64,000 bases of DNA from Sminthopsis crassicaudata. Lineage: Eukaryota. How positions within the stretch are numbered: position 1 is the first letter of the stretch; each line of letters starts with the position of its first letter. The position numbers and the translations under genes are program-made. The notes under the pieces were generated by a model, which saw only the letters and a program-made list of their open reading frames with translations, ran no database searches and was not told the origin of the DNA. The DNA is taken from the NCBI RefSeq assembly GCF_048593235.1, contig NC_133620.1, forward strand, positions 371,781,261 through 371,845,260, in the 5' to 3' direction. Positions 38,880 through 51,048 of this stretch are shown here, piece by piece.

Positions 38880-41800
38880 ATAAATGGCCATTTCTCTTGT
38901 TCTCATTCATGAGGATCAAAATAGCATTTATGACAGAGCCAACCTGAAAGAGTCTTGGATGGCTAGGAGGACCACTAGCACACCAGAGCTTGAAAGTGCA
39001 GGAGAGTCTGCTCACCATTCTAAGGCTCACAGACTGGAGCACAAGCCAAGAGAGCAGTGACCATACCTTACCTTAAATCACATCACTTTAGAAGAACTGA
39101 AAAAACTGAAATTTATAGACTCCAAGAACAATCTCTGAGAGCAGAGGCAAGAAAAGACTGAAATTTGGGATAGTGCCCTTTTCCCCCCAGGAACAAAGTC
39201 CCAATTTAACACAGAATTAACAGTCAATAAGTAGACTGGGAAAATGAGCAAACAACAAACAACAACAATAACAACAAAAACCCAACCATAGAAAGTTACT
39301 GTGGTGACAGGGAAGATCAAAATCCAAACTCAAAAGAAGATACATTTAGAGCCTCAAAAAAATGTAAATTGATATGAAACCCAAAAAGAATTCCTGAAAG
39401 AGTTTTTAAAAGGATTTTAAAAGTCAAATAAAAGAGGTAGAGGAAAAATTGGGGAAAGAAAAGGAATTGATGCAAGAAAATCATGAAAAAAATAATCCAC
39501 AGATTGTTATCGAAGGGGCAAAAATACTGAAGAAAATAATACTTTAAAAAGCAGAATAGAACAAATCATAAAAGAGGCAAAAAATACACTGAATAGAATA
39601 ATTTTTTAAAGTAGAATTGGCCAAATGGAAAAGTAGGTATAAAGGCTCTTTGAAGGAAATAATTCCATAAAAACTAGAATTGGGCAAATGAAAGCTAATG
39701 ATTCTAAGAGGCATCAAAAAACAATAAACAAAATCAAAAGAATGAAGAATAGAAGAAAATGTGAAATATCTCATTGGAATAACAACTAATCATAAGAAAT
39801 TCAATAAGGTTAAATGATTTACATTCCTACATGGAAAGATGATACTTGTAACTCCTAAGAACATTCTCATTATGAGGAAAATTAGAAGTATACATAAACA
39901 GAGAGTACAGGTATAAGTTGAATATGATTGAATGATACAAAAAAAATTAAGGAGTGAAAAAGAGGAATACATTGAGAGAAGGGGCAAGAGAAAAGTAAAA
40001 TGTGATAAACTATCTCACATAAAAAAGACACATGCAAAAAAAAAAGCTTTTACAGTGGAAGAAAAGATGGAGAAGGTAGGGGAAGAATACTGGAATTCTT
40101 CTTTCATTGGAATTGGCTCAAGGAAGGAATAATATACACACTAAGTGAGGTATAGAAATCTATTTTACTCTCTAGGAAAGTAGGAGGAGAAATCTATAAA
40201 AGAAAGGGGGAAAGGTGATGACTAATTGTAGGGCAAATGAATAAGGTCACAATGGATATATGATTTAGACATAAAGGCTGATATCATGAACAAATTAGGG
40301 GATCTTGGAAGTTTGTCAGATCTATAGTTAAGGGAAGAATTTATGAGCAAAGAACAGATAGAGAACATTATGGGATGTAAAATGGATAATTTTGTTTACA
40401 TTAAATTAAAAGGTTTTGCACAAGCAAAGAAATTCAGTCAAGATTAGAAGGAAAGCAAAAAACTGGGGGGGGGGAAGAAGGGAAGATTTATAGCAAGTTT
40501 CTCTGAGAAAGGCCTCATCTCTCAAATATATCGACAACTGAGTCAAATTTATAAAAATATAAGCTATTCTTCAATTGATAAATGGTCAAAGGATATGAAC
40601 AAAAGTTTTTTTTTTTTTTCAGATTCTCTCAGTTCTTTCTTTTTTAACTTTTTTTAATTAAAGGTTTTTGTTTTCAAAACATATGCATGCATAATTTTTC
40701 AACATCAACCCTAGCAAAACCTTGTGTTCCAAATTTTCCCTCCTTTCTTCCCCCACCCCCTCCCCTAGATGGCATGTAATCTATGTTAAGCAGAATAAAC
40801 AGTTTTCAATCAAATACAGATAAATACATACATATATACCATTATTGATTAAAGAAATGAAAATTAAAACAACTCTGAGGTACTATCATATCTATCAGGA
40901 AAAAAATTAACAAATGTTGGAAGGGATGTGAGAAAATTGGGACATTATGTGCTATTAATAGAGTTGTGAACTGATTCAACCATTCTGGAGAACAATTTGG
41001 GACTATGACCAAAAGACTATCAAACTGTGCATACCCTGTGATCTAGCAATGTCACTACTAGGTTTGTATCTGAAAGATCATAAAAGAGGGAAAAGGGCCC
41101 ACATATGGAAAAATGTTTGTAATAGGCAAGGAATTAGAAATTGAGTGGATGCCCATCAAATGTAAATTATGATATATCAATGTAATGTAGTATTATTATT
41201 CTAAAAAATAATGAGCAGACTGATTTCAGAAAATCCTGGAAAGACTTATATGCACTGATGCTGAATGAAGTAAACTGAAGCAGAACCTTGTGCACAATAA
41301 CATCAAGATTATATGATTATGTCAACTATGATAGACTTATCTCTTCTCATCAATTCCAAGTGAATCCAGACAATTCCAATAGAGATGAGATGGGAAATGC
41401 CATCCGCCTCCAGAGGGGGAAAGATATAAACTGAACATAGATCAAAACATAGTATTTTCACTTTTTTTTCCTCTTTCTTTCTTATGTTTTTTTTCCCCTT
41501 TTTGGCCTGATTTTTCTTGCACAACATGACAAATATGGAAATATGTTTAAAAGAATTGTACATATATAATCTATATCAGATTGCTTCCCTCTCAAGGAGG
41601 GAGGAGGTAAGGAAGGGAGGGAGAAAAAATTTGGAATAAAATTTTACAAAAATGAATGTTGAAAACTATCTTCACACATATTTAGGGAAATAAAATACTA
41701 TTGAGGGGGGAAAAAAAGAAATGATGAATAGGAGGGTTTCAGAAAAACCTGGAAAGTCTTACATGAAGTGATACAAAGTAAATTGAGTAGGATTAGGAGA

Positions 41801-42200
41801 CATGATACACAGTAACAGCAATATTTTAAGATGATCAACTATAAATGATTTGGCTATTCTCAACAGAAAGATTTAAAACAATTCTGAAAGATTCATGATA
41901 AAAATGCTATCCACCTCCAGAGAACTGATGAAGTTTGAAAACAGATTGAAGCATAGTTTTTTTTTTTACTTTATTTTTTGAATGTTTTTTGGAAAAGAGG
42001 GTCTGTGGGTTTTTTCATAATATCTCTAATATGGAAATATATTTTATATAATTACATATGTTTAATCTATAACTAATTGCTTACTTTCTCTGTAAGAAGA
42101 GATGATGGGGAGGAATTTGGAATCCAAAATTTAATTTTAAAAAGAATGTTAAAATTGTTTCTAAATGTAATTGAGAAAAATAAGATTTAAAAAATTTTAA
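38880..42200 (+). mobile_element. Old rearranged L1 composite (5'UTR/ORF1 remnant, ORF2 3' fragments, two 3'UTRs)
   Basis: atgagcaaacaacaa...ccatagaaagttac...gacagggaagatcaaaat is marsupial ORF1 N-terminus-like; 40270-41300 ORF2 C-terminal-like; A-rich + strand. Confidence 0.8.
40606..40785 (-). mobile_element. Inverted L1 3' end nested inside the older L1
   Basis: T-rich start then ...ccaccccctcccctagatggca, the reverse complement of the tail seen at 37860-37918; splits ggatatgaaca / cagttttc of the host L1. Confidence 0.75.
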
Positions 42201-42844
42201 GAGATCTTCACCACATTCTTTTTCTTCCTTTCTACCTGAGATAAATATGTATACATAAACACACAAATATGTATAAATATAAAGTGTATATATAAATATA
42301 CATATGTAAACATATATGTCTCTATAGTCACCTATATTTGTATGTTGTTGTTTCAGTCCTGTGCAACTCTTTGTGATTCCATAGATCTCTGTCCAGGGTT
42401 TTTTTTGGCAGACATTGGAATGGTTTACCATTTCCTTCTCCCATGGCAAACAGTAGCCCAAAGTCATAGGGTTTGGAAGTTTCTGAGGTTTTCCTAACTT
42501 CATCTAGTTATGTATGTATGTATGTTATCTTTTAAATAGTTGTCTGTTATTTCATTTGGAATAACCCTATCTTTGAGGAAAAAGCCTGCATTACTATATA
42601 TGATAGAACAACATCTGCAGTTGGGGATTCGAGTTGTTCTAACTTGTACTGGTTGTTATGTGACCCTAGGCAAGTCATTTAACCTCAAAATGCCTCATGT
42701 CACTTTTTAAGATTAAGTTGCTGAAAAGTTGCTTATGTACCTTAATAGGAAGGAGGGAGTTTCCATACTATTGAAATCATAAGTCCGGTAAAACATACAC
42801 ACCCCTAACCTTATTATTATTATTATTATTATTTGTTAAGCAGT

Positions 42845-43200
42845 TACTAAGCTCAGGGGAATGAGGATGATGTAATAAACCTAGATTTCAGCAAGACAGG
42901 CATTTTATAAAACCTCTTATGCCATCCTTATGCTAGAAGAGAACTAGTTAAGTTGACAGTAAGTTGAACAGCTGTATCCAAAGACTGTTGATTGATCAAT
43001 ATCAGTATAGAAGCTATCTATCAACATGCTTCCAGCCCCATCATCAGCTCTTTTTTTTTTTTTTGGTAAACAACTTGGACACACAGAAACCATGCCTATC
43101 AAATTACAGATGATGGATGAGACTGGGAAGAATACCTAATAAGTTGTCTAACATAATTAAGATGCAAAAAGATAGCACAGATAAGTTGAAACTAATAAGC
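42845..43200 (+). mobile_element. L3/CR1 reverse-transcriptase remnant
   Basis: gatgtaataaacctagatttcagcaag..gcatttt resembles the CR1 RT motif DVIYLDFSKAF. Confidence 0.55.
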
Positions 43201-44258
43201 TTCTTTGGAGATATATAATACTCTCTTCCTTTTTCTTTTCTACTACGTATGTGAAAATGTCCATTTTTTAAATGTTATAATTTTTTAAATTCTATAATGC
43301 AATTTAAAATAATGAGCTCTTTGTCTCTAGGTGTGACAATTCTTAGTCCAATGCCTGGCACACATTATATTATATTAATATTATATATACAATTACATTA
43401 TATATAAATGTTTGGTGATTGATAGACAAGTATTCTGTTTGGATGGCTCATCTGTCAGGAATATTATAAAAACAATTCTTTTTGGGGTATACTATCTCTA
43501 AGGTTTAACTGTATGGTCTTGGGAAAATATTTGTGTCTTAATATCTTCATCTATAAAATAAAAAGCTTGCATTAAATTATAACCAAGGTTCTTTCTGTAT
43601 CGAACATTCTAGGATTTTAAATATTTATCGAGTACTTACCAAATGCCCAGCATCATTCTATCCAATATGGAGATTTTTTTTTAAGTACATATAAGACATA
43701 ATCTCCACTCTCAAAGAATTTATGGTCTAGACCTGGAGAAAAAAAGTCTTGCTAATGCAGTGTTAAATCTCATAGGAGTGGTAGTCATGGGCTCACACTC
43801 CATCACACTAAGACACATAAAATCACAAGACTTCATTCATCCAAATCTAAGTAAGAAGCAACATGGCACATAAGGATCAAGGCTCAAGTCCCAATTCTGA
43901 CCCATACTAGTTGTGTGACCATAGGCAAGTCACTTAAACTCCCTGTGTCCCAGATAAGTGACTGAGTATTTGCAAACCCATATCCTTGGAGACAGCTTAC
44001 AGTCTAGTATGAAATCATGGGATCACCCTAGGCAGAGGCCAAGAAAACAAACACATACAGTGCTTTGTTCAATTGCCTTCCACAGTTATATATTGCAAGC
44101 ACAAGCTGTAACACAATCACACTCACAAACACACTTCCACACCCACAATGTCACACAAGTACCTACAAAATCACACCCATGCAGCCCATCACCCTCCATC
44201 ACCAACTACCTTTTCTCTGTCACACCCAGAACCCAGTTTCCCCTGGGCTCCCAGTTAC

Positions 44259-44411
44259 CTTGAGGAGGTGAGGCAGCTGCTGAGTGGCCAGATCCTTAAA
44301 TTCATTGATACTGAGGCTGCCTTTCTTTCCTTCTCGAACAGCAAAGGTGAAGAAGGTTTTCACCACTGTCTCAATAGCTGTCTCCAGCTCCGTGAGTGGC
44401 TCAGCAGCCAT
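44259..44411 (-). CDS. S100A13: S100A13 first coding exon (MAAEPLTELETAIETVVKTFFTFAVREGKKGSLSINEFKDLATQQLPHLLK)
   Basis: ATG at 44411, donor AAG|GTAACT at 44258; 51+47=98 aa as in human; 10.6-kb intron. Confidence 0.96.
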
Positions 44412-45256
44412 GAAGAAGGCTAGGATGGGAAAGCCTGGTCTTGAACAAACAGTGGATCTAAAGCTGGTTAGGAGAAAGGAATATCCAAAAGTAACTTCTA
44501 GGAGGAACACTGCATAGGTATTACTTACTCCTTCCCCCAGCTCTGTTATATATTCTAGAGCTCTAGAAAGAGAAGATCTGTTCTCATCTCTGTGAGGAGT
44601 CCCGGGTTGGGGAGCTTCCCTGTGGGATTCCTTTATGGGGAGAGGGATGTCTCCCTTTGTGGGCAATCAGGCTGGCAGCTTGTCTGGGATCTGGCACCCA
44701 GACACACAAGATTATTTAAAATGCCTTAAAATGCAATGAGGTGGGGTGTCAGGGCAATTCAGATATGTCCTCTTCCCACTCCATCCACTAAAAGACCCGG
44801 AATCTGTACCCCAAACGACAATCTGTGTCCTTCAAAACCTGCCCCATGGGAAATATGAAGAATGCTTCTTAATATAAAAGGCAAGGAGATATGTACCCTC
44901 TCCAAAATACAGACAGTTCCAAAGTTAAGCTAACGGTAATAGGTCCAGGCTACAGGGCTCCTCCCATCTTTTAAGCAGGAACTAAGCTGCCAACTAACAA
45001 TCTCCTTACGGCCCCCACAGTTTGGTTCTAAGAGGAGAGAGGAAAAGGGAAATTCCAAGTCCTCCCTAACTTCCATCTAACACTCCTCCAACCAGTTCAT
45101 TTCCTTCCGGGACCAGTTCCCCACCCCCTGCCCCAAAGTTACTTCCTGAAAGTTCAGTTCCAGGACTGGGGGGGAGGAGCACATTTTCCCCTAGGGAAAA
45201 AGGAACCCTCTTGCACCCCACTCCAAAAGAGCATCTGCCGTAGGTTTGATACTCAC

Positions 45257-45306
45257 TCTCCGTTAAGCCTCCAGCAGAAGTAGGGATGGGCTGAGGTTTA
45301 TAAAAG
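45257..45306 (-). promoter_or_regulatory. S100A13: Candidate S100A13 core promoter: TTTATAAA box and very short exon ending at 45257
   Basis: TATAAA on - at 45302-45297; donor AGA|GTGAGT at 45256. Confidence 0.45.
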
Positions 45307-46091
45307 CCCTGGAGGTGGGGCTGCGAAGCAAAGGTCTGTTGTGTATATCCCGAGGTATTGAGTTTCCCGTGGTGAACTTCGGCTAAGGGCACGCCCACCC
45401 ATCAGCGCAGCATCAGTTCAGCGCAATCAATTTAGCCCTTTTTCCCCCTGCAAACAAATGTGAAACCTCTCTTTCCCGGTCTCATGCACTGTTCCAGGTC
45501 CAGACAGAGCCCCGGCCCTGAATCTGCATATGTACACACCCCCAGCATCCAACCATCTTCCTCCAATTTACTTTCTTCCCAATTTACTCCAATCTCCCTC
45601 ACTCCAGTCCTTCAAACAGTCCTAATTCAGCTAGCTCTTGGTGAGAAAATACTGTGTTCTAAAGAATTCTAGAGAGGTCCTTTTTTGAAAGACTCCGAGA
45701 CAGGTCCCCTTCTTTTTCCCCTCAATAAGGCATTGCTATGGACAGTTACAGGGCAGTGGTCCAAGGACCAGGAGGGTCCAATATCCTGTGGCCTCAGATC
45801 TTACCTCTCTTTCTCTCCCCCCTATTTTATCCTCCCTTGCCCTCTCTGTTCTATGCCAGGGCTGAGCTGGCGTCAACATCAACCCAGACCCCCGGTAGAT
45901 TGCTAGCATGCATGTGGAGAAAGGAGTGTTAAAAACCCAGACCTGGGGGAGGAGGTAAAACAGGGCCAGCTTGTCCCAGCCCTGGAGACAGAGGGCGCTT
46001 CTGTCTGTTAGCTGGCTGCTTGCCCCACTGGCGGTCAGCCCGATGAGGGGGTGGAGCTAGAGGTAGGAGGGGGTGTCCAGAGTGGGGAGAA

Positions 46092-46186
46092 GGACTCCTG
46101 AAGTGAGCTCTCCCCACACCGGTCTGGTCACAGGACACATAGCTTCGTCCCTCTCATCTGCTCCCCCTTCAGCCCCGAACCCACCC
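46092..46186 (+). other. S100A1: S100A1 non-coding exon 1
   Basis: ggactcctgaag...ctccccacac...ctgctcccccttcagcc resembles the human S100A1 5'UTR as recalled; donor CCC|GTGAGT at 46187. Confidence 0.75.
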
Positions 46187-48682
46187 GTGAGTATTCTGTT
46201 TTTTGGGGTACAGAGGGTGCATTAACTATAAGGGGGATGGTGGTCTCCAAGAGTCTGAGAATGGTGCTCAGTTGAAGGGGACTACCAGTAAGAGGATTTG
46301 GAAGCATCCGAAGGATCAGCATCCGAAGGATCTATCCATGGAGGGAGGACTGAGTTACCTGTGGGCTTAAATGATCAATACAGCCCCTTCCTCATAGAAT
46401 GACCCCCTCTTGACTGAATCCCCAAGATTGCACCCTCAATCCTTAGGGCTTCATCTCTTTCCTGGGTTTGAGGGTGAGAGTTGAGGCCTTTACCCTGATT
46501 TCTCTGGGGGTAAAGTGGTTCTGGTATGAGCCAAGTAGAAGTTGGTAAGTTTTAACTGAGCAGCTGTTCCCAAGCCCAGGCTTTCTTCAACCCCCAAGGG
46601 CTCTGGAGGAATAGCGGATAGGGAAGACAGGGGAAAGGGGAGGCTGAGACTCCAAAGTAGGAGAACTATTTCTTCACCCCAAGTTTAAACTCCTAATAAC
46701 ATCCAAGAACAATAGATGAACAGCTTCTAAGAGTGGGCACCAAGGTGGGGGGTAGGGGATTCTAAGAAGGGTCCCCACTCACTTTTCTGTCTATTCAGTA
46801 ACCCATTGCCTTCTTTCCCCTCTTCTCTTTCTTTCCTATTTCTTTATTTCTTCCCCTCTCCCTCTGGCATTTTTCAACTCTATTCTCAAGAAAGACTCAA
46901 CTGAGCTGACTCCATATATCACTCTGTACTCTCCAGGGTTTCCCAAAGGGTCCACAGGCATTGTTTGTGGGGGAAACCCAAGGTTCCCTTGGCTTCTCAG
47001 GACCTCCACATCAGTGATCAGTGATGGGACTGGTAACAAGATAGGTCAGCCCCCCCCTTCCCCTTATCCCCCCATCAGACCCAGGCTTCAGGTTCCCATT
47101 CCATACACCCTCCCCTCTCCTTGGTCTCTGTGACAACCACCTCTCATGTCCGAAGTTCGGGTGACACTCACAAGAGATCCATTGAGGAACTGGAGTGTCA
47201 CCTGATAGGACCTATTGTCCATCCCCCCCAGTCCTGGGGAGAAAGGTGAGAGATACCTGATCTAGGACACCTGAGATCCCCTCAGAGGATGGGGGGGGAG
47301 GGAAGGGGGTAATGATGCTGTTTACTCCCAGAGCAAAGGAGTGTCCTGGGTTTTGAAGCCCCCCTCTAATGTCATACCCCATATAACCTCACACCTCATC
47401 CTCCTTCCTCCCCTCTAATTTCTTATACTTGGCCTGAGACAGAACTTGAGGCTGCCGGATATTTCTGATTGCCCCAGCATACTCTCCCATCTACTCTACC
47501 ACTTCTCCAGTTCAAGCTGCTGGTGAGGGAGTGAAGATTGTACTTGGGCCCCCAGAACAGAGCCCAGATCCAGAGGAGAGGGATCAAGCATTCCTTTCTC
47601 CATTCACCATCCAGGTCTGATTAGAAAGAGTTGATTCTCAAGACAGACCTCTGACAGATTCTAAAGCATAGAAGGTGGGTATAAGGAGGCAAAGGAACTA
47701 AAAGAAGGGACTATGCTACAGAATTCAGAGTGATAAGACTAAGGGGCTGACAACCTCTGGACAGAGGGAGAATTTAGAGAGATCCAACATAAGAAATGAA
47801 TATGACGCTACAAAAGTGGCTCTTTATCCCTACCCCCATTTGTTTCAGTGTAAGGAGAGCAGGGCTAGTTGTAGAAGAAACACTCCTGCCTGGGCAGCAC
47901 AGACTAGACCTGGGATAAAAATAGCACAGGGGAAAGATTTGTCTGTTCCTAAGACCCACCCTCATTCCCAGGGGCAGCTGCCCAGTGAGCAAGATGCCCT
48001 TTTTGTCCATCCACCATTGAATTCCTCTTGCTCTCTGCTGCTGCCCAGTGTTCCCCGTTTCTATTCGATCTCTAAGATACCCACAGTGTCCCCTCTCTAC
48101 CCTCTCAGCTCTTGCCCTTCAACCTCCCCCTTACTTCTTACTCTGCCCGTCTCTTTCCTTCCAGTAACTCCCTACCTTTGACCTCTTCTCCTTTCTTTGA
48201 ATTTTTATTTTAGTTTTTAGACCGTGGGGAGAGGCAGCAAAATGTGTGCTAGAAAGAAGCCCAGGAAACTTAGGTTCTAGCCTCAGTTCTGTACTAAACA
48301 ATATATGATCTTGAACAAGTCATTTCTGCTTGCTAGTCCTTAGTTTACTCATCTATAAAATTAGGGAATTAGAATTCATCCTACCATCCTTTACGAGTAA
48401 TGCTGAATTAATTCATTTTTGGCTTCTTCTAAAAATGATAAATGAGCATGTAATATGTCAATTAAAAGGATAAATAATTAATAATCTCGAATATGGTGCT
48501 AGAGTATGGAATCGACGTCATGGAGGATGGAGTCCAAATTATCTGTATATGAATTACAAAACAAGAGTTGTAAGGGCCCAGGGCTCTCTTCTTTCTGACA
48601 GCCCTTGGCCTTGACCCCTGTCCCCCCAACCTCACCCTGCTCTGGCCTGGTGGGGGGTGGGGAAGGTAGGTGTGTTGCAGCC

Positions 48683-48823
48683 ATGGGCTCGGAGCTGGAG
48701 ACTGCCATGGAATCCCTCATCAACGTATTCCACGCCCACTCTGGCAAGGAAGGTGACAAATATAAACTGAGCAAGAAGGAGCTGAAGGAGCTGCTGCAAG
48801 CTGAGCTTTCTGGCTTCCTGGAT
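48683..48823 (+). CDS. S100A1: S100A1 first coding exon ([47 protein letters not shown])
   Basis: Kozak gcagccATGG, pseudo EF-hand, donor GAT|GTGAGT. Confidence 0.98.
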
Positions 48824-49400
48824 GTGAGTGTTTGCTGGCTGAGGCGGTGGGGGAGTACCCCAGGCTCCTGGCCTGGGACCCGGCTGCGGGACTCCGGACT
48901 GAATGGGAAGCACCTACCTTCCCAGTGACTTCTCAGTTCCCTTCTATCAATTTCTCCAGCCCCTTACCGGTTTCTTTATCTCTTGAAGGCTCTTAATTTA
49001 ATCAAAATCAATTAATTTATTATGTTAATTAATTAGTTCCAAACTTAATTTAAATCAATTCAGCAAATATTTAAGGGCAAATTATGTACAAAGCACTATG
49101 ATGAACCTAAGGACGAATCTCTTTGCCCGGTTCTTGAGTTCACACTCTAAGTGGGTCCCATTAGATACAAGAAGATACAAAGTAGTCCACGTGCGAGTTC
49201 ACACGTTCCATTCACTCCTCCGTCCCTTGCCCCGCTAAAGCTCAGGGTTCTGGGCTCTTCCCTTTCACTCCCAAGGTCTTTCACCTTCCTTAGTCACCTC
49301 CACAATCGGGTTCAAGTTCCCCCCCTCCCCCTTCTCGTCCTCCCCGGTCCTTCCTTCACGGCCCGGCCCTCTAACCTAAGGCCCCTCTCCCTGGTTCTAG

Positions 49401-49544
49401 ACCCAGAAGGATGCGGACGCAGTGGACAAGGTGATGAAGGAGCTGGACGAGAACGGGGACGGCGAAGTGGACTTCCAGGAGTACGTGGTGCTGGTGGCCG
49501 CGCTCACCGTGGCCTGCAACAACTTCTTCTGGGAGAACAGCTGA
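49401..49544 (+). CDS. S100A1: S100A1 last coding exon ([47 protein letters not shown])
   Basis: Acceptor ccctggttctag|ACC; canonical EF-hand [12 protein letters not shown]; TGA 49542-49544; 94 aa total. Confidence 0.98.
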   Translation, partial: TQKDADAVDKVMKELDENGDGEVDFQEYVVLVAALTVACNNFFWENS

Positions 49545-49681
49545 GCCAGCAGCGCAGCCCGGCCAGCCCCGACAACCGCAAGCCCCTCCCCCCTCCCCTT
49601 CCTCTCCGCTTTAGCCCTCCCCCTCTCCTCAAACCCCCCCAGGCTCGGCCGCAGCATTTGAGGAATACTGCTCCATGATTC

Positions 49682-49687
49682 ATTAAA
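49682..49687 (+). terminator. S100A1: S100A1 poly(A) signal (ATTAAA)
   Basis: ATTAAA ~140 nt after the stop, followed by gtgtctgtct GU-rich sequence. Confidence 0.65.
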
Positions 49688-50679
49688 GCTCGTCTCCCGA
49701 TAAACTCGTGTCTGTCTCCTTTGGGGCTTGGAAGAGGTGAAACTCCCCCTACAATCACTGAAGGGGTCACGGCTCCCTGAAAACGCCGTTTCCCGGATGC
49801 CACAGGGACCTGGGAGTGGATGTGGGGCTCCAGATTGGTGGGGAGGTCAGAACTGCACAGCACTACCGCGGGCCTCGTTTTCTGCCTCCGAGAGGAGGGA
49901 AGGGGAGGAACTATATTTAGAAAAAAGGCCTAAGAGAAATCGAGGAGCGCTGATCCCAGCGTGATTCTCCCTCCGCTCACCGGAATGCGATCGAGGTTCA
50001 GGAGGTGGTCACGAGGTGAAGCCGGTGAGAGGGTGCTGGTGCAAAAATCACTCAGGATGAAAAGAATAAAGAATTGTAACTTTTAAATAGTTTTAATGCA
50101 GGAGTTTTTTATTAACTTTTCATGTGTCAGGGACACGTTCGGCAGGCGCTTGATACATGCGGTTGTGATTGGTGAAGCTTCCAGGCCCTCTCGTCAGAAT
50201 ATTTAAGTGAATAAAATGCCCAAGATTACCAAAAAAACCCAAAAAACATAGTTATCAAAGTGTTTTTAAAAGCCAGTTGCGGACGCCAGGTTAAGAGTCA
50301 GGTTACTTTAGTCCGACTCATGAGGAAACAACCCCGGGGAACAGAAGTGGCTACTTAATGACAGAGCGCTGGTTACAGTGTAAGCTCTCCCGCTACAGGA
50401 AGGCGCGCAGGGAACAGGATAACCAAGGCTGGCGGCAGCGGGGAGGGAGGCAGGGACACAGCTTAGGCCCAGGTTTATCGCTGCCGCCTGCTCCCGGCCT
50501 GGGTCAGCGGTCGGAAAGGCCCGGGGAGTGAGCGCCCGCCACAGCCCAGACTTTCGAGATTTGATAGGCATTAGGCCTTCAGTGTACACTATAAATGCCC
50601 GCTGGGCAAGCATAAAAAGGAAGTCAGCAAAAGCAACAAGAAGTCATTCAACAGACCTCACCCCCAGGGAATGCACGTG

Positions 50680-50815
50680 TTAGCAACTACACCGAGGAGG
50701 GGCGGAGACAAAGCCCCGCCTCCTCGCGACGTGCGCGAGCCTTACGTCAACGTCGACGCGCAGGCGCCATTTTGGCCAGCGCCGTTAGGCTTTGAGCGCG
50801 GCGGCCATTTTGTTC
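50680..50815 (+). promoter_or_regulatory. CHTOP: TATA-less CHTOP promoter: E-box CACGTG (50684-50689), GC box, CRE-like TTACGTCA (50742-50749), two YY1-type GCCATTTT motifs
   Basis: Motifs read directly: gcgccattttgg (~50764) and gcggccattttg (~50801); typical housekeeping promoter. Confidence 0.7.
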
Positions 50816-51048
50816 GGATCGCCAAGTGGGAGTTGGTGGCGGCTGCGGACGAGAGGGCGGACTGAAAGAAGAACGGACGCGAGGACCCAACAGCCAACCC
50901 TTCACGCAGGCGACTAACTACCCCTCCGTCTCAGCCCAGCGCCTCCATTCGTCCCAGATAAACCTAGCGTGGCCGGTCTCCGGCCCCACAACCGCAACCG
51001 CAGTGGCATCGGCGGCCCCCGGCGGAGCGCTGGCGTCCGTGTCCTTTG
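50790..51048 (+). other. CHTOP: CHTOP non-coding exon 1 (start approximate)
   Basis: ATG-free CpG-rich segment ending at donor TTG|GTGAGT (51049). Confidence 0.75.

Noticed and set aside
47160-47202. 10-bp inverted repeat GGTGACACTC/GAGTGTCACC with 23-nt loop in S100A1 intron 1
   Set aside because: About one to two such stems are expected by chance in 64 kb; no other support.
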